NCBI GenBank assembly: GCA_963665235.2
Contig: CAXXLX010000001.1
Location: 1,280,001 to 1,344,000, forward strand
Direction of reading: 5' to 3'
Origin: Candidatus Poribacteria bacterium
Lineage (GTDB): Bacteria; Poribacteria; WGA-4E; WGA-3G
DNA: 64,000 bases
Shown here: positions 1-10,800 of the stretch, piece by piece
Numbering within the stretch: the stretch's first letter is position 1
Layout of the letters: every line of letters starts with the position of its first letter
The notes under the pieces: model-generated
Databases searched by the model: none
Told to the model about the DNA's origin: nothing
What the model saw: the letters and a program-made list of their open reading frames with translations, nothing else
Program-made: the position numbers and the translations under genes

Positions 1-313
1 CAAGGTTAGTATACCAATCGCCCCCGGGATATTTGAGTCGGACAAACGTGAATTTTTCGCCTGTCGGCTCCATACCGGGGTGGTGATGTTCAATGATTTC
101 CCGTCTGCCAGTGCGTGAGCTATAGCCCCAGTGGATATCGTTTTTAGAATCGTAGGGGATATATTCCCCGAACTGCGACTGCGCCTGCACGGACCGAATC
201 AATCCACCGCCAGCGGCAGCAGACGTGGCAAGCCCCACACCGCTTTTGATAAAAGCACGTCGTGAAAAACGACGGGTATTTTTCTTATCTGTTTGGCTCC
301 TGTTAATTGACAT
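1..313 (-). CDS. Tat-exported protein, DUF4159-like (partial, runs off window start)
   Basis: Manual translation from ATG at 313 (AAGGAG upstream) gives MSINRSQTDKKNTRRFSRRAFIKSGVGLATSAAAGG (twin-arginine motif), then FTFVRLKYPGGDWYTN, typical of the DUF4159 N-terminus. Not in the ORF track. Confidence 0.65.
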   Translation of the reverse strand, partial: MSINRSQTDKKNTRRFSRRAFIKSGVGLATSAAAGGGLIRSVQAQSQFGEYIPYDSKNDIHWGYSSRTGRREIIEHHHPGMEPTGEKFTFVRLKYPGGDWYTNL

Positions 314-357
314 GTGTTTTCTCCTTAGCGTAGCTGCCAATAGAGGGGTCAAGTTTT

Positions 358-1968
358 CTAATACGGTTTACCTAAAAGTTCAAACGTAACGCTCTGTGCT
401 GCGCCGCCTTGCATTTTGGACGAAGTTCGGTCACTTGCGATAGCCCGGATGCGATGTGTTGCGATGCCGAGTTGGCGGAGAGCTTTCGCCGCCGCTTCAG
501 CCCGTTGTGAAGCAAGAATCCTATTCGCCGCTGGGTCACCCTCCTTCCGCGTGTGTCCAACGACCCGGAGGTAATATTGCGGAAACGATTTCAGGTTTGA
601 TGCAATGTCTGCCAGCGCACGTTGGCTCCCGGGCAGAATGCGAGCATTCCCCCTGCCAAATTGGATAGGGTCTATTTTCATCGCCGCGACAGGGGCGAGC
701 GTGTTCCAATTTGCATCGGATAGCGGATTTAGCGATGCCGTTTCACGCACCTGTTCGGATGCTACTGGTACCGCCTCAACAAAAATATCGTCTAACCCAT
801 TCGTGTTATTTGGGTTCAGCTTACCCGGATGGAATTTGTCGTGATGAAGGGAACGCAGAATGCCTTCAAAGAAGAGACGCTCATAGTTGCCCGATAATGG
901 GTCGGCAGGAAGCGATCTTGTCTTCACTAACACCTGCATTATTTTACCAATCATCGTCTCTAATTTTTCAGAGGTTTTCGCTTCCGCTCCAGAAATCACA
1001 CCGAAATGCGCGTAATTCTCAACGGTGTTACGCCATTCAATCCCCTTAACGAGTTTGTTCGCCTCATTTCGGTTAAGCGAATCGCCATACTGCTTCGCAT
1101 CCGACTCAATTAAGGTGAGCAATCCATCCGGTTGGTTATTGTAGTCATAATTTGCGCGGAGATACGCTTGTACGACCTGCGTGACGAGTTCGCTTTGGGC
1201 ATCCAAGAACTCACGTTGTACCACAAGCACATCTACGATATATCCCTTTAGTTTTGAGCTGTCTAATAGCAGATGTACTCCATCGATTGTAAGTGCCTTT
1301 GTCACGTAAGGCTCCCACAGCACATAGGCAGTTGGCTGATCCGGATCGGCGGATTTGAGCTTTTTATAGACAGCTTCTGCCCCATCAGCCTCCGATGCCC
1401 AAGAGGCAGGCAGGCTCGGCAAACTCATCGTGTTAATCATAATCCGCGCCAACGTTTCACTGGGGGAATCCGGTGTCAGGACGATGCGTGCCTGCGGATT
1501 GCTCAAGCTGGGAATTTGTGGAACCCCCCGTTTATGTGCGACAATTGCATCTGCCCCCTTCGATTCATCTATAACCAGCACAATTGAACCGGGGAACTCA
1601 CCGATAGCACTGCCAGCTTTGAGATATGCATCAATCGTGAAGACCGCCATTTGCACCTTTCCGCTTTTCAGGGCGCGCGCCCGCTTTACGTAGTCCGCCT
1701 TATCGTCAACGAAGGTGAGTTTAATCGCTTGTTGGTCAAGTATGTTCTTGACTGCCGGAGAACGCAGGATGGCATACCCCGGAAAAGAGTCATGTGCCAC
1801 TTTGATTTCGTGGTCATAACGTTGTGTGCTTGTCTTTTCAACGAGTTTTTCGTGTTTTTTACCAAGGCGCGGCTCAACGACGAACTTATACACAAGCCCA
1901 ACTATCCCGACGATAATGAGCCAGCATGCCACCATGATGATTTTGCTTCTTTTCGCTTTAGCTTCCAT
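358..1968 (-). CDS. Membrane-anchored NMT1/THI5-like substrate-binding protein fused to C-terminal OmpA-like domain
   Basis: N-terminal TM helix; DESKGADAIVA and VLWEPYVTKA SBP motifs; C-terminal IQFGRG..VVGHT..NRILASQRAEA OmpA motif. Confidence 0.8.
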   Translation of the reverse strand: MEAKAKRSKIIMVACWLIIVGIVGLVYKFVVEPRLGKKHEKLVEKTSTQRYDHEIKVAHDSFPGYAILRSPAVKNILDQQAIKLTFVDDKADYVKRARALKSGKVQMAVFTIDAYLKAGSAIGEFPGSIVLVIDESKGADAIVAHKRGVPQIPSLSNPQARIVLTPDSPSETLARIMINTMSLPSLPASWASEADGAEAVYKKLKSADPDQPTAYVLWEPYVTKALTIDGVHLLLDSSKLKGYIVDVLVVQREFLDAQSELVTQVVQAYLRANYDYNNQPDGLLTLIESDAKQYGDSLNRNEANKLVKGIEWRNTVENYAHFGVISGAEAKTSEKLETMIGKIMQVLVKTRSLPADPLSGNYERLFFEGILRSLHHDKFHPGKLNPNNTNGLDDIFVEAVPVASEQVRETASLNPLSDANWNTLAPVAAMKIDPIQFGRGNARILPGSQRALADIASNLKSFPQYYLRVVGHTRKEGDPAANRILASQRAEAAAKALRQLGIATHRIRAIASDRTSSKMQGGAAQSVTFELLGKPY

Positions 1969-2009
1969 AGTTTCCGTTTCCTTAAATACGTGTGGGTTTT
2001 CACATCTCT

Positions 2010-2849
2010 TTATCGGTTATTAAGTTGTGCGCGAACTTTTTCTATTTCAACCTCGAGTTCCTGTATGCGTTGCGCTTCCGCCGCAGCGGTTGCCTCCGCG
2101 TTTCGCCTGCGTTGTGCTTCCTCCGCAGCGGTTGCTTCTGCGTTTTGTCTGCATTGTGTTTCCTGCTTCCTGAGGCGCGCTTCCTCCATAGAAGTCGTCA
2201 GAGGTGTCCCATCCGGCAAATAGGTCCGTAATAACCTAATACCATCTACACGTTCCTCCCAACCGAACCAGAGATTCAGTGCCCTGCTGAACAACTCACC
2301 TTGTACATTCGGCTTGAGCTCCTCAATGTTCCCTGAAACCGTTCGCCGCCACCCGCGAAACTCCACAGGCTCCGCAGGGTCAGGTTGATGGACGTAGTAT
2401 TCCTGAGCCCCCATCTCTGACAGATAGATGTGCCGCTTCTCTACCTGATGCTGCTCCGATGTGTTATAGTCCAGAAACTCAAACACAGCAATAGGAGGGA
2501 CACCCTCCGCCCAAGTATAAAAACTATACCGCAGCGGAGTTTTACTCACGCCAAATACAATGAAGAGATCCGGCACAACGTACTTTGTCACATCATCTTC
2601 ACGGTAATACACGAAGTTGTTCATACCTACGTATACATTCGGCTCGTCCATATAATAGCGAATGAGTTGCTCGAATAGGATTGCCATCTGTTGAACGTGA
2701 ATCCCTGTCACTCCCATAGGTTCATCATCCTCATAAGGATAACCTTCGATGTAAACGGTGGGTTTGCCCTTCGCCATTGGAAAAGTGGGAATATACTTTC
2801 TTCGTTTGGCATCGAAATCGTTGATAAGATCCATAATTTTCTCCAACAC
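2010..2849 (-). CDS. Uma2/DUF820 family PD-(D/E)xK endonuclease-like protein with coiled-coil tail
   Basis: EPMG..H, VVPDLFIVFGV, PIAVFEFL, EKRHIY..GAQEYY motifs; repeated AEATAA(E/A)EAQR tail. Confidence 0.85.
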   Translation of the reverse strand: MLEKIMDLINDFDAKRRKYIPTFPMAKGKPTVYIEGYPYEDDEPMGVTGIHVQQMAILFEQLIRYYMDEPNVYVGMNNFVYYREDDVTKYVVPDLFIVFGVSKTPLRYSFYTWAEGVPPIAVFEFLDYNTSEQHQVEKRHIYLSEMGAQEYYVHQPDPAEPVEFRGWRRTVSGNIEELKPNVQGELFSRALNLWFGWEERVDGIRLLRTYLPDGTPLTTSMEEARLRKQETQCRQNAEATAAEEAQRRRNAEATAAAEAQRIQELEVEIEKVRAQLNNR

Positions 2850-2881
2850 GTATCAGGTGTGCCTTCCACTTTCGGTCAACC

Positions 2882-3802
2882 CTACCTACGTGTCCGCCTG
2901 AATACGACAAAACTGATGATTCCCAACAAAACAGCGATTACAACGATCCAGCCCGTGCTGTTTTCATCGCTTTGTTGCTGCTGCGGTGCAGGTTGTGTTG
3001 ATTGTGTAGGCGGCGTTGTCGGTTGTGGTGGTATTTTCTTCACAGTTGCACTAATAGCAGTATTGCTCGGCGGTCTTGTGAGGTGTGCAATGAGGTCTTC
3101 GGCAATTTCTGAGGAGAGCGGTGCAATGTATTCAAACGCATCTTCGCCATTGCTGTCAGTCGCGGTGCCACCAGTTTCAGCAAGGATTTGCGAAACTGCC
3201 GCCACAAGTTCACCGGGGTTATCTGCTTTCCGATAACTGTCTACATCCTTTGCTAACATGTGGTCGGTTTTCATATCAACGCCGATAACATCAACCCGAA
3301 TTTGTCGGTTGAGAATTTCCGGTGTGTACTGCTCCACTTTTCCTGGGTCTTGCGCCTCACCATCTGTCACGACCAACAACCGATAGGTGCCATAGTTATA
3401 CTGTTTTTCGCGTTGTTCAAGGAGACGGTTTGCTCCGATGCGCATGTAAGTGCCAAGTGGTGTCCCCCCTCCAGGCTGCGGTAAATTTATCGCAGCCATT
3501 AGCTGAGCGGTATCCTTCGGACCGAGGGGATAGACCCATGCGTCTCGGATATTATTACCGCTGAAGACAAGCAACCCGATATTGGTGCCCTCTGGTACCT
3601 TCGCCAATACCCCCTGGAGGGCTGTCTTGGCAGCCTCCATTTTCGACTTCGTCATATCGGCACGGAATTTATCCTTCATTGAACCAGAGGCATCCAGAAT
3701 CACCACGATATTATCGGTATGAACAGCGTTCTGTGCAAGACCTATCTGAATAAATATAGACACGCTTACAAGGAGTAGACACACTATTTTTACCTGTTTC
3801 AC
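2882..3802 (-). CDS. Secreted VWA domain protein with C-terminal membrane anchor
   Basis: Signal peptide; MIDAS motifs ILDASGSM, GGTPL, VVTDG; Pro/Thr/Gln linker; terminal TM followed by RRTRR. Confidence 0.85.
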   Translation of the reverse strand: MKQVKIVCLLLVSVSIFIQIGLAQNAVHTDNIVVILDASGSMKDKFRADMTKSKMEAAKTALQGVLAKVPEGTNIGLLVFSGNNIRDAWVYPLGPKDTAQLMAAINLPQPGGGTPLGTYMRIGANRLLEQREKQYNYGTYRLLVVTDGEAQDPGKVEQYTPEILNRQIRVDVIGVDMKTDHMLAKDVDSYRKADNPGELVAAVSQILAETGGTATDSNGEDAFEYIAPLSSEIAEDLIAHLTRPPSNTAISATVKKIPPQPTTPPTQSTQPAPQQQQSDENSTGWIVVIAVLLGIISFVVFRRTRR

Positions 3803-3857
3803 AAGAGACTCCTAAAAATGGCGGCGGTAGCAATTCGCTACAGCCGACAGCTATTCG

Positions 3858-5735
3858 CTAAAAATCAAAATCGGAGGCGGCGACAGCTTCCGCCGAGACC
3901 TTGACGAGTGCAAACTCAACCCGCCGGTTTTCTGCTGCCTCAGCCGGACTTGTCGGCTTCGCAATAACGGGCTCCTTGATACCAACACCTACAGGAACAA
4001 TCTGTTCAGCATCGATACGCGCATTTTTACTTTGCGCATAACCGAGAATCGCTTGTTTAACCGCCTCTCCCCGCTGCTCCGAAAGTTTGAGTGCTGCCCG
4101 CATCACCTGATACGGACTTTCAACGTTGCTCCCATCGTCAAATTTTTTCTGCTCAATCAAACGAATCAGTTCAGCCGTATTCTCGAGGCTAAACGCTTTG
4201 CCGCCCATAAAATATTTGTAGTTCCCACGGGTCCCCGTCCTTTTTAAAATCCCTTTTTGGAGACCGGTCTTAACGAGAACACTCAGCGTTCGCGACGGGT
4301 CGCTATGTCCCTTAATAGCGATAGCAGCGTTACCATATTTAGAAGCCAGTTCAACGACTCTATCAAATTCGCTGCTGTATTGCGTAGCACTAAACGTGTT
4401 CTGATTCGCATCAAATTGAATTGTGAAGGAGATAAGCGTTTTTTCGTCAAGCACTGCATCCTCATTGAATGCCTCTATTTCCGCTCTGACATTCTCCTTT
4501 TTGAAACGGGTCTGTTTGAGCTGTGTCGGTGCATCTACGGTTGTGGTCAGCAGGTTTTTAAAAGTTTTTGCGTTGAAATTCAGGTCAGAGGGGAGAAGGG
4601 CGTAGCGTTGCGCTGCGAACCCCCAATTGACTGCCATATCCAACCCCGCTTTGTTAAAACCTTCAAACCCCGTGATGGTGTTGCTGGGGTCATTGAAAAA
4701 GGCGATGTTGCCCGGTTGTCCGACAAACGTGCAATCGGCAATGAGCCCATGGGCATCCTCCTCAAGCGTTGGGAGCACGTCTTGCCCGTAAATGGTTTGC
4801 ATCCTCTGCAGCAATTGCGTGTATTGTGCTGAACCGCCTTTTTCGTAAGCCTTTTTTAGTGCGATGACCTCTTCAGCCCCCTTCAAGTACCCTGCAAAGA
4901 ATCGTTCAATGAAAGGCTTGTAATTGTCGTAGAAATCCTTACGGCATGCGTAAACGTCCGCAATAGAACGTGAAAGTGTAGCTGTGCTGACAACGACACG
5001 CGCTCCTTTGACTGTGCCTTCTGCACCTGTCCCAATATTTTCCGGCCCGCCTGTCAGTCCAATCATATCTGGTGTGATAACGAAACACCCCGCGATAGTA
5101 GGGTCGTTTCGGAAACGTTCCGCTGGTCCCTTTGCACCCGTTAGTTCGTCAACCCATACGATTTGGACATTCGCTTTAGAGAGCCTAGCAGTTTTCAACA
5201 TATCGTAAAGCATCCCGACGTGGGGACCGCCCTTTTGAATAGCAATCTTTTTGCCGCTCAGATCAGAAATTTTGCGAATGCTTTCGCGTCCGACGAAATG
5301 GTCGCCTGCGGACCAGGTCAATTGTCCAAAGACAATAGGTTTTGTTCTTTCATCGCGGCCCACTGCCTCACTTGCCTGCGCTATCATTCTAAACGTCCCG
5401 CGTAGGATAGGGGATTTTCCCGAAAGATAATCGCGTACCTGTTGCTCAAAATTGTCGCCTGGGACCAATTTGAGATTCATTCCGAGTTTCTCCATGATTG
5501 TGCCCGGTTGTGTTGTCAACCCGCCGTTTGCATGGAACAAAGCGGATTCTCCCCCCCACGTAATATACGGTACAACTAAGGGGGATGTTGATGTTACCTC
5601 ACCAACCGTAACGGGCCCGACAGCATCGACGAACCGTTCTTGGGCATTCGCTGAAAACACAAGACAGAAGAGTAGCACCCAAAATAGATTATATTTCAAA
5701 AACGGGTGGCACCGCAAAATAGTATCCTTTTTCAT
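3858..5735 (-). CDS. NMT1-like substrate-binding protein fused to OmpA-like domain
   Basis: Signal peptide; TWSAGDH and LSGKKIAIQ SBP motifs; OmpA motifs IKGHSD, LSEQRGEAVK and NRRVEF separated by an insertion. Confidence 0.8.
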   Translation of the reverse strand: MKKDTILRCHPFLKYNLFWVLLFCLVFSANAQERFVDAVGPVTVGEVTSTSPLVVPYITWGGESALFHANGGLTTQPGTIMEKLGMNLKLVPGDNFEQQVRDYLSGKSPILRGTFRMIAQASEAVGRDERTKPIVFGQLTWSAGDHFVGRESIRKISDLSGKKIAIQKGGPHVGMLYDMLKTARLSKANVQIVWVDELTGAKGPAERFRNDPTIAGCFVITPDMIGLTGGPENIGTGAEGTVKGARVVVSTATLSRSIADVYACRKDFYDNYKPFIERFFAGYLKGAEEVIALKKAYEKGGSAQYTQLLQRMQTIYGQDVLPTLEEDAHGLIADCTFVGQPGNIAFFNDPSNTITGFEGFNKAGLDMAVNWGFAAQRYALLPSDLNFNAKTFKNLLTTTVDAPTQLKQTRFKKENVRAEIEAFNEDAVLDEKTLISFTIQFDANQNTFSATQYSSEFDRVVELASKYGNAAIAIKGHSDPSRTLSVLVKTGLQKGILKRTGTRGNYKYFMGGKAFSLENTAELIRLIEQKKFDDGSNVESPYQVMRAALKLSEQRGEAVKQAILGYAQSKNARIDAEQIVPVGVGIKEPVIAKPTSPAEAAENRRVEFALVKVSAEAVAASDFDF

Positions 5736-5836
5736 GTTTTTTTCCTTTTTGTTGAGAGCCCCATGTTCAAATTAACTTTCTTTTTCTAAATTTTAGCATA
5801 ATTCAGCGAAAATGTGCAATAAATTTGTTTTTTCTG

Positions 5837-5876
5837 AATCGCGGATTATCGCGGAGAACGCAGAGAACGCGGATTT
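5837..5876. repeat. Short intergenic repeat (aatcgcggatt..cggagaacgc); related copy at 44001-44036
   Basis: Same motif seen at two intergenic positions in this window. Confidence 0.55.
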
Positions 5877-5895
5877 TAAGCGTTTAGCCAACATG

Positions 5896-7272
5896 CTATA
5901 AGACATGAATCGCGCGCGCATACGCCGCCTCAGCCGACTCCATTAGCATCTCGGAAAGCGTTGGGTGTGCATGAACGGTATGTGCGATATCCGCTGCTGT
6001 TGCCCCTAGGCGGATAGCTACGGCTGCCTCGTGGATAAGGGTTGAGGCATGCGCTCCAACAATATGAACTCCGAGGATGTCTCCGCTGTCAGCATCGGTA
6101 ACAGTTTTAACAAATCCATCGGACTCATGCATACCGAGTGCCATTCCACTCGCAGCGTACGGAAACTTACCGACCTTAACCGCGTACCCCTCATCTGTCG
6201 CCTCCTTTTCGGTCATGCCGATGTGGCCAATTTCGGGTAAGGTGAAAACACACCACGGGATAACTTGATAGTCCATTTCAGCTGTTTCTCCAAGGCAGTT
6301 TTGTGCGGCGACCTTGCCTTCAGCAGATGCAACGTGTGCTAACAGATAACGGCTGGCGACATCGCCGACAGCGTAAATGCTGGGGACGTTCGTCTGCATC
6401 TGTTCGTTGACTATAATTTTCCCGTTTTCTGTAGAGACCCCTACCGTTTCCAAACCGATGTTCTCTGTATTGTAACGCCGCCCGATAGAGATGAGCAGTT
6501 TGCGCGCGGTAATTTGTTCGCCGGATTCCAACGTTGCGGTGATACCGGTATCGGATTTTTTGATGTGTGTTAATTTTGTGCTTGTGTGGAATTGGATGCC
6601 TTTCCGTTTCATAAAGAGCTGTATGTGGCGGATAACCTGAACGTCTTCGGTTGCCAAAATAGTGGGTAGCAGTTCGACGATGGTTACGCGGCAGCCGAAA
6701 GCGGCGAAGATAGAGGCGAATTCACATCCGGAAACACCGCCGCCGACGATAATTAGACTTTCGGGAATTTCTGTGAGGTTAAGAATGCCCGTTGTCGTCA
6801 ACACATCGGTTTCATCAATTTCAAAACCGGGGGGTGCAGCAGGTTCAGAACCGGTGGCGATGATTATGTTTTGGACGTTCACCTGTTCGGTTGTGCCATC
6901 CGTTTTGGTCACAGCAATCGTCCTTTTACTGGTAAGTGTTGCGGTACCGTTGAGGGTGTGTATCTCATTCCGTTTGAGAAGTTGACGAATTCCGCCTTTC
7001 AGTTTTTCGATAACTTCTGTCTTATGTGCAAGTACCCGTGGGTAGTCAAGGGTCGTGTTTTGGGGGTTGAGGATAGATGTATTTTGAACCTGCTCGACGA
7101 GATGTGCAGCAGCAAAAAGGGTTTTGGTTGGAATACACCCGCGATTGAGGCATGTTCCGCCCCATTCGTCTTTTTCTATGAGACATACGGTGCCGCCGAG
7201 TTGTGCTGCCCTTATGGCGGCGACGTACCCGCCCGGGCCCCCGCCGATAATTCCGATATTGTATGTAGTCAT
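5896..7272 (-). CDS. lpdA: Dihydrolipoyl dehydrogenase (E3)
   Basis: GGGPGGYVAAIRAAQLG, GGTCLNRGCIPTK redox disulfide, HAHPTLSE. Confidence 0.95.
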   Translation of the reverse strand: MTTYNIGIIGGGPGGYVAAIRAAQLGGTVCLIEKDEWGGTCLNRGCIPTKTLFAAAHLVEQVQNTSILNPQNTTLDYPRVLAHKTEVIEKLKGGIRQLLKRNEIHTLNGTATLTSKRTIAVTKTDGTTEQVNVQNIIIATGSEPAAPPGFEIDETDVLTTTGILNLTEIPESLIIVGGGVSGCEFASIFAAFGCRVTIVELLPTILATEDVQVIRHIQLFMKRKGIQFHTSTKLTHIKKSDTGITATLESGEQITARKLLISIGRRYNTENIGLETVGVSTENGKIIVNEQMQTNVPSIYAVGDVASRYLLAHVASAEGKVAAQNCLGETAEMDYQVIPWCVFTLPEIGHIGMTEKEATDEGYAVKVGKFPYAASGMALGMHESDGFVKTVTDADSGDILGVHIVGAHASTLIHEAAVAIRLGATAADIAHTVHAHPTLSEMLMESAEAAYARAIHVL

Positions 7273-7329
7273 AACTGTTGTTCCTCTACGTCTATCTATA
7301 CGTAAGTGAAATTAACCACTTCTGTTATT

Positions 7330-7476
7330 ATAACCTAAGTTGCCACCTATAAATTTTTAGGCTTGGAAACGCGGCTTTTAGTCAAAAACTGCTGATAATT
7401 ATACCGTGAACTTCTATGTTGCACGCTTATGCCACAAACTAGGAAGTTTGTGCTACTATGTGGCAACTTGCGTTAT
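7330..7476. mobile_element. MITE-like element with 17-bp imperfect terminal inverted repeats
   Basis: ataacctaagttgccac (7330-7346) vs gtggcaacttgcgttat (7460-7476); internal palindrome cacaaactaggaagtttgtgctac related to the 32919-33038 repeats. Confidence 0.6.
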
Positions 7477-7578
7477 TATACAGCAGTAAGGTTGGGATGT
7501 CAACCTATTTTTTCGATTGTCAGAAAAGGCGGAGGATGCTATAGTGAAGTTGGCAAAAATTTTAGAGGTGATTTTTTC

Positions 7579-7607
7579 TTGACGATTTGTTAAATTTAAG
7601 GTATACT
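7579..7607 (+). promoter_or_regulatory. Sigma70-type promoter for gltB
   Basis: TTGACG-17 nt-TATACT. Confidence 0.6.
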
Positions 7608-7850
7608 ATATAAATGCAGAAAAAAGCTAACTGAAATTTAAAAATAGAAAACAGGAAAAACTGAGCGTTCCTTATAGACGCGGTATCCGAATTTGTTTTA
7701 ATGCTTTTTTAACGACGCAAGGCTTAATCGTAAATTAATTCAAGCCGTTAGGAGATTGCGCTACAGTTGTTACGCGTGTTACGAGACACGAAAGTTGTTC
7801 CTTGCCCTTGCGTAGAAAACGGGTGCCCAAAAATCTTGAATCCTTGGAGT

Positions 7851-10800
7851 ATGAGTTTACAAATGCACGACAATTTATATGAAAAAGATGCTTGTGGAGT
7901 CGGTTTTGTTGCGAACCGTTCAGGGAGCCGGAGTCATGCTATCCTGAAGATGGCAATACAAGCGGTTACAAATTTGACGCATCGTGGTGCGGTGGCAGCA
8001 GATGCAAAGACTGGCGATGGAGCAGGTATTCTGACACAAATTCCGGAGAAACTATTTAGAAAAGAGCTGGAGAAGCTTGGAGGACACGTAGCGTCAATTC
8101 ACGACCTTGCCGTTGGCATGATTTTTTTCCCGGGGGATGCCCCTGCTGCACAGGAACGGGGCCGTACAATCGTTGCGGATATGCTAAAGCAGTATGGTTT
8201 TCCGCTGTTAGGGTGGCGTTCGGTACCGGTGGATACTTCCGCCCTCGGCGAGCAGGCGTTGGCAACCCTACCGTTAATTGAGCAAGTCCTCATTGGAAGG
8301 CCCTCTCATATCCCAACAGCTCGGTTTGAACAACGTCTCTATCTCTTATGTAAGGAATTGGAACATCGGATTACAGAGGAGGCACTTGATGGATTTCACA
8401 TCGCTTCCTTTTCAAATCGCACGATTGTCTATAAAGGGTTGCTTGTTGCACCACAATTGGCACACTTCTATCCGGACTTACGCGACCCCGATTTTGAAGC
8501 AGCTTTAGCAGTTTTCCATCAACGTTATAGCACAAACACCTCTCCAACATGGGCACTTGCACAACCGTTCCGGATGCTGGCGCACAACGGTGAGATTAAC
8601 ACATTGATGGGAAATCGGAACTGGATGCGTGCCCGTGAAGGGGCCTTAGAGTCTCCTGTATGGAACGAGGATATTCAGAGACTTGTCCCAATTATCACTC
8701 CGCACGGCAGCGACTCCATGAGTCTTGATAATGTTCTGGAACTGTTGGCGCATTCTGACCGAAGTATCCTCCATTCAATGATGTGCCTAATGCCAGAGGC
8801 ATACGAGCAAATTCCGGATATGTCGGCAGAGCTGAAAGCGTGCTATGAGTACCTTTCATGTGTAAGTGAACCGTGGGACGGTCCGGCTGCTATAGCGTTC
8901 ACCGATGGTTACATTGTTGGCGCCAGTTTGGATAGAAACGGTTTGCGGCCTGCCCGTTATAAGGTAACCGATGAAGGTATTGTGGTGATGGGGTCCGAGG
9001 TGGGTATTATTGAATTGGACGATAAGTGTATCGTTCAGAAGGGCCGCCTGGGGCCCGGCCAGATGATTGCCGTTGACACAAGCAGGGGACAATTGCTCAC
9101 AAACACCACTATCAAAGATGAGGTGGCTCATCAGAAACCTTACACGGCTTGGGTGAAACAGGGCATTCTGATGGAGACACTCACCCCAGAAGCCCCCGGT
9201 ACTCTGACACCGGTTCCAGAAAATTTGGCGCAGCAACAGAAGGCATTTGGGTATATGATTGAAGACGTGGAGCGTTTCATCAAACCGATGGTAACACAGG
9301 TTAAAGAGGCGGTCGGCTCCATGGGCGATGATACGCCGCCTGCTGTGATTTCACGGCATCCACGGCTGCTTTACCATTACTTCAAACAACTGTTCGCCCA
9401 GGTTACCAACCCGGCCATCGATTCTCTCCGGGAACGGTTAGTGATGTCGCTAACAACATGCTTGGGAAAACGGCACAGCTTGCTCACGGAAACCGAGGCA
9501 CATGCACATTTAATTCGGTTGACTTCGCCGGTGTTAACATCGGAGGAGTTGCGAGCGTTGCAGACGCAAACCCTTCCCGATTTTCGGACGGCGACTCTCC
9601 CCGTTCGTTTTCCGGTTGACTCAGGACCGCAGGGGTTGGAAAAAGCCCTAGACACGTTGTGTGCCAACGTGTTAGACGCTGTCAATTCCAGAAAGACGCT
9701 TATAGTCTTGAGTGACAAGGGGGTCAATGCCGAATTTGCACCGATTCCGATGCTGCTTGCAATCGGGAGCGTTCATCATCATCTGATTCGTGAAGGCAAA
9801 CGGATGCAAGTTAGTTTAATAGCAGAGGCAGGAGACCCGCGGGAGGAACACCATTTCTCGGTTTTGCTTGGATATGGCGCGGATGCTATCAATCCTTACC
9901 TCGCTTTTGCTACGATTGCCGAGCTTGCCGAGCAGGGCGAACTTGAGGACCTCTCCGCAGCACAAGCTATTCAGAACTATAAGTCGACCGTCGAAAAAGG
10001 CATTTTGAAGATTATGGCGAAGATGGGCATCTCCACGGTGTCAAGCTACCGCGGTGCCCAAATCTTTGAGGCAATTGGAATCAATTCAGCGGTGATTGAG
10101 CGGTGTTTTACTGGGACTCCCTCGCGGTTAGGTGGTATCGGTTTTGAGGACATTGCTGCTGAAACGCTCCATTTCCACACGAAAGCGTTTCCGGTAGCAG
10201 ATGCCCCTGAACCCTTAAAAGAGGCAGGTTATTTTCGATTCCGCAGACACGGTGAATTCCACGCCTTTAACCCAACCGTATTTAAGGCGTTACACAAATT
10301 TGTTAAGAGCGGAGAGGCTGAAGATTACATGCAATACGCCGCTGCAGTGGAAGAAGGGGAACCCTCTAGCTTACGCGATTTACTCACTTTCAAACCGGGC
10401 ACCTCTATCCCAATTGAAGAAGTAGAATCGGCGGAGGATATCGTCCGCCGCTTTACCACTGGGAGTATGTCTTTCGGTGCGTTGAGTCGTGAAACACACG
10501 AAACGCTAGCGGTAGCGATGAACCGGCTGGGTGCGAAATCCGGAAGCGGAGAAGGCGGTGAAGACAGCGGCCGCTTCAAAGAACGTCCAAATGGAGACCT
10601 TGCTTCTAGTGCTATTAAGCAGGTTGCGTCCGGACGGTTTGGCGTAACGCCACAGTATCTCGCCTCCGCAAGAGAATTAGAAATTAAGATGGCACAAGGT
10701 TCGAAACCTGGCGAAGGCGGTCAGATTCCGGGGCACAAAGTGACATCAGAAATTGCGAAGATTCGACACTCTATCCCGGGGGTGCCCTTAATTTCGCCCC

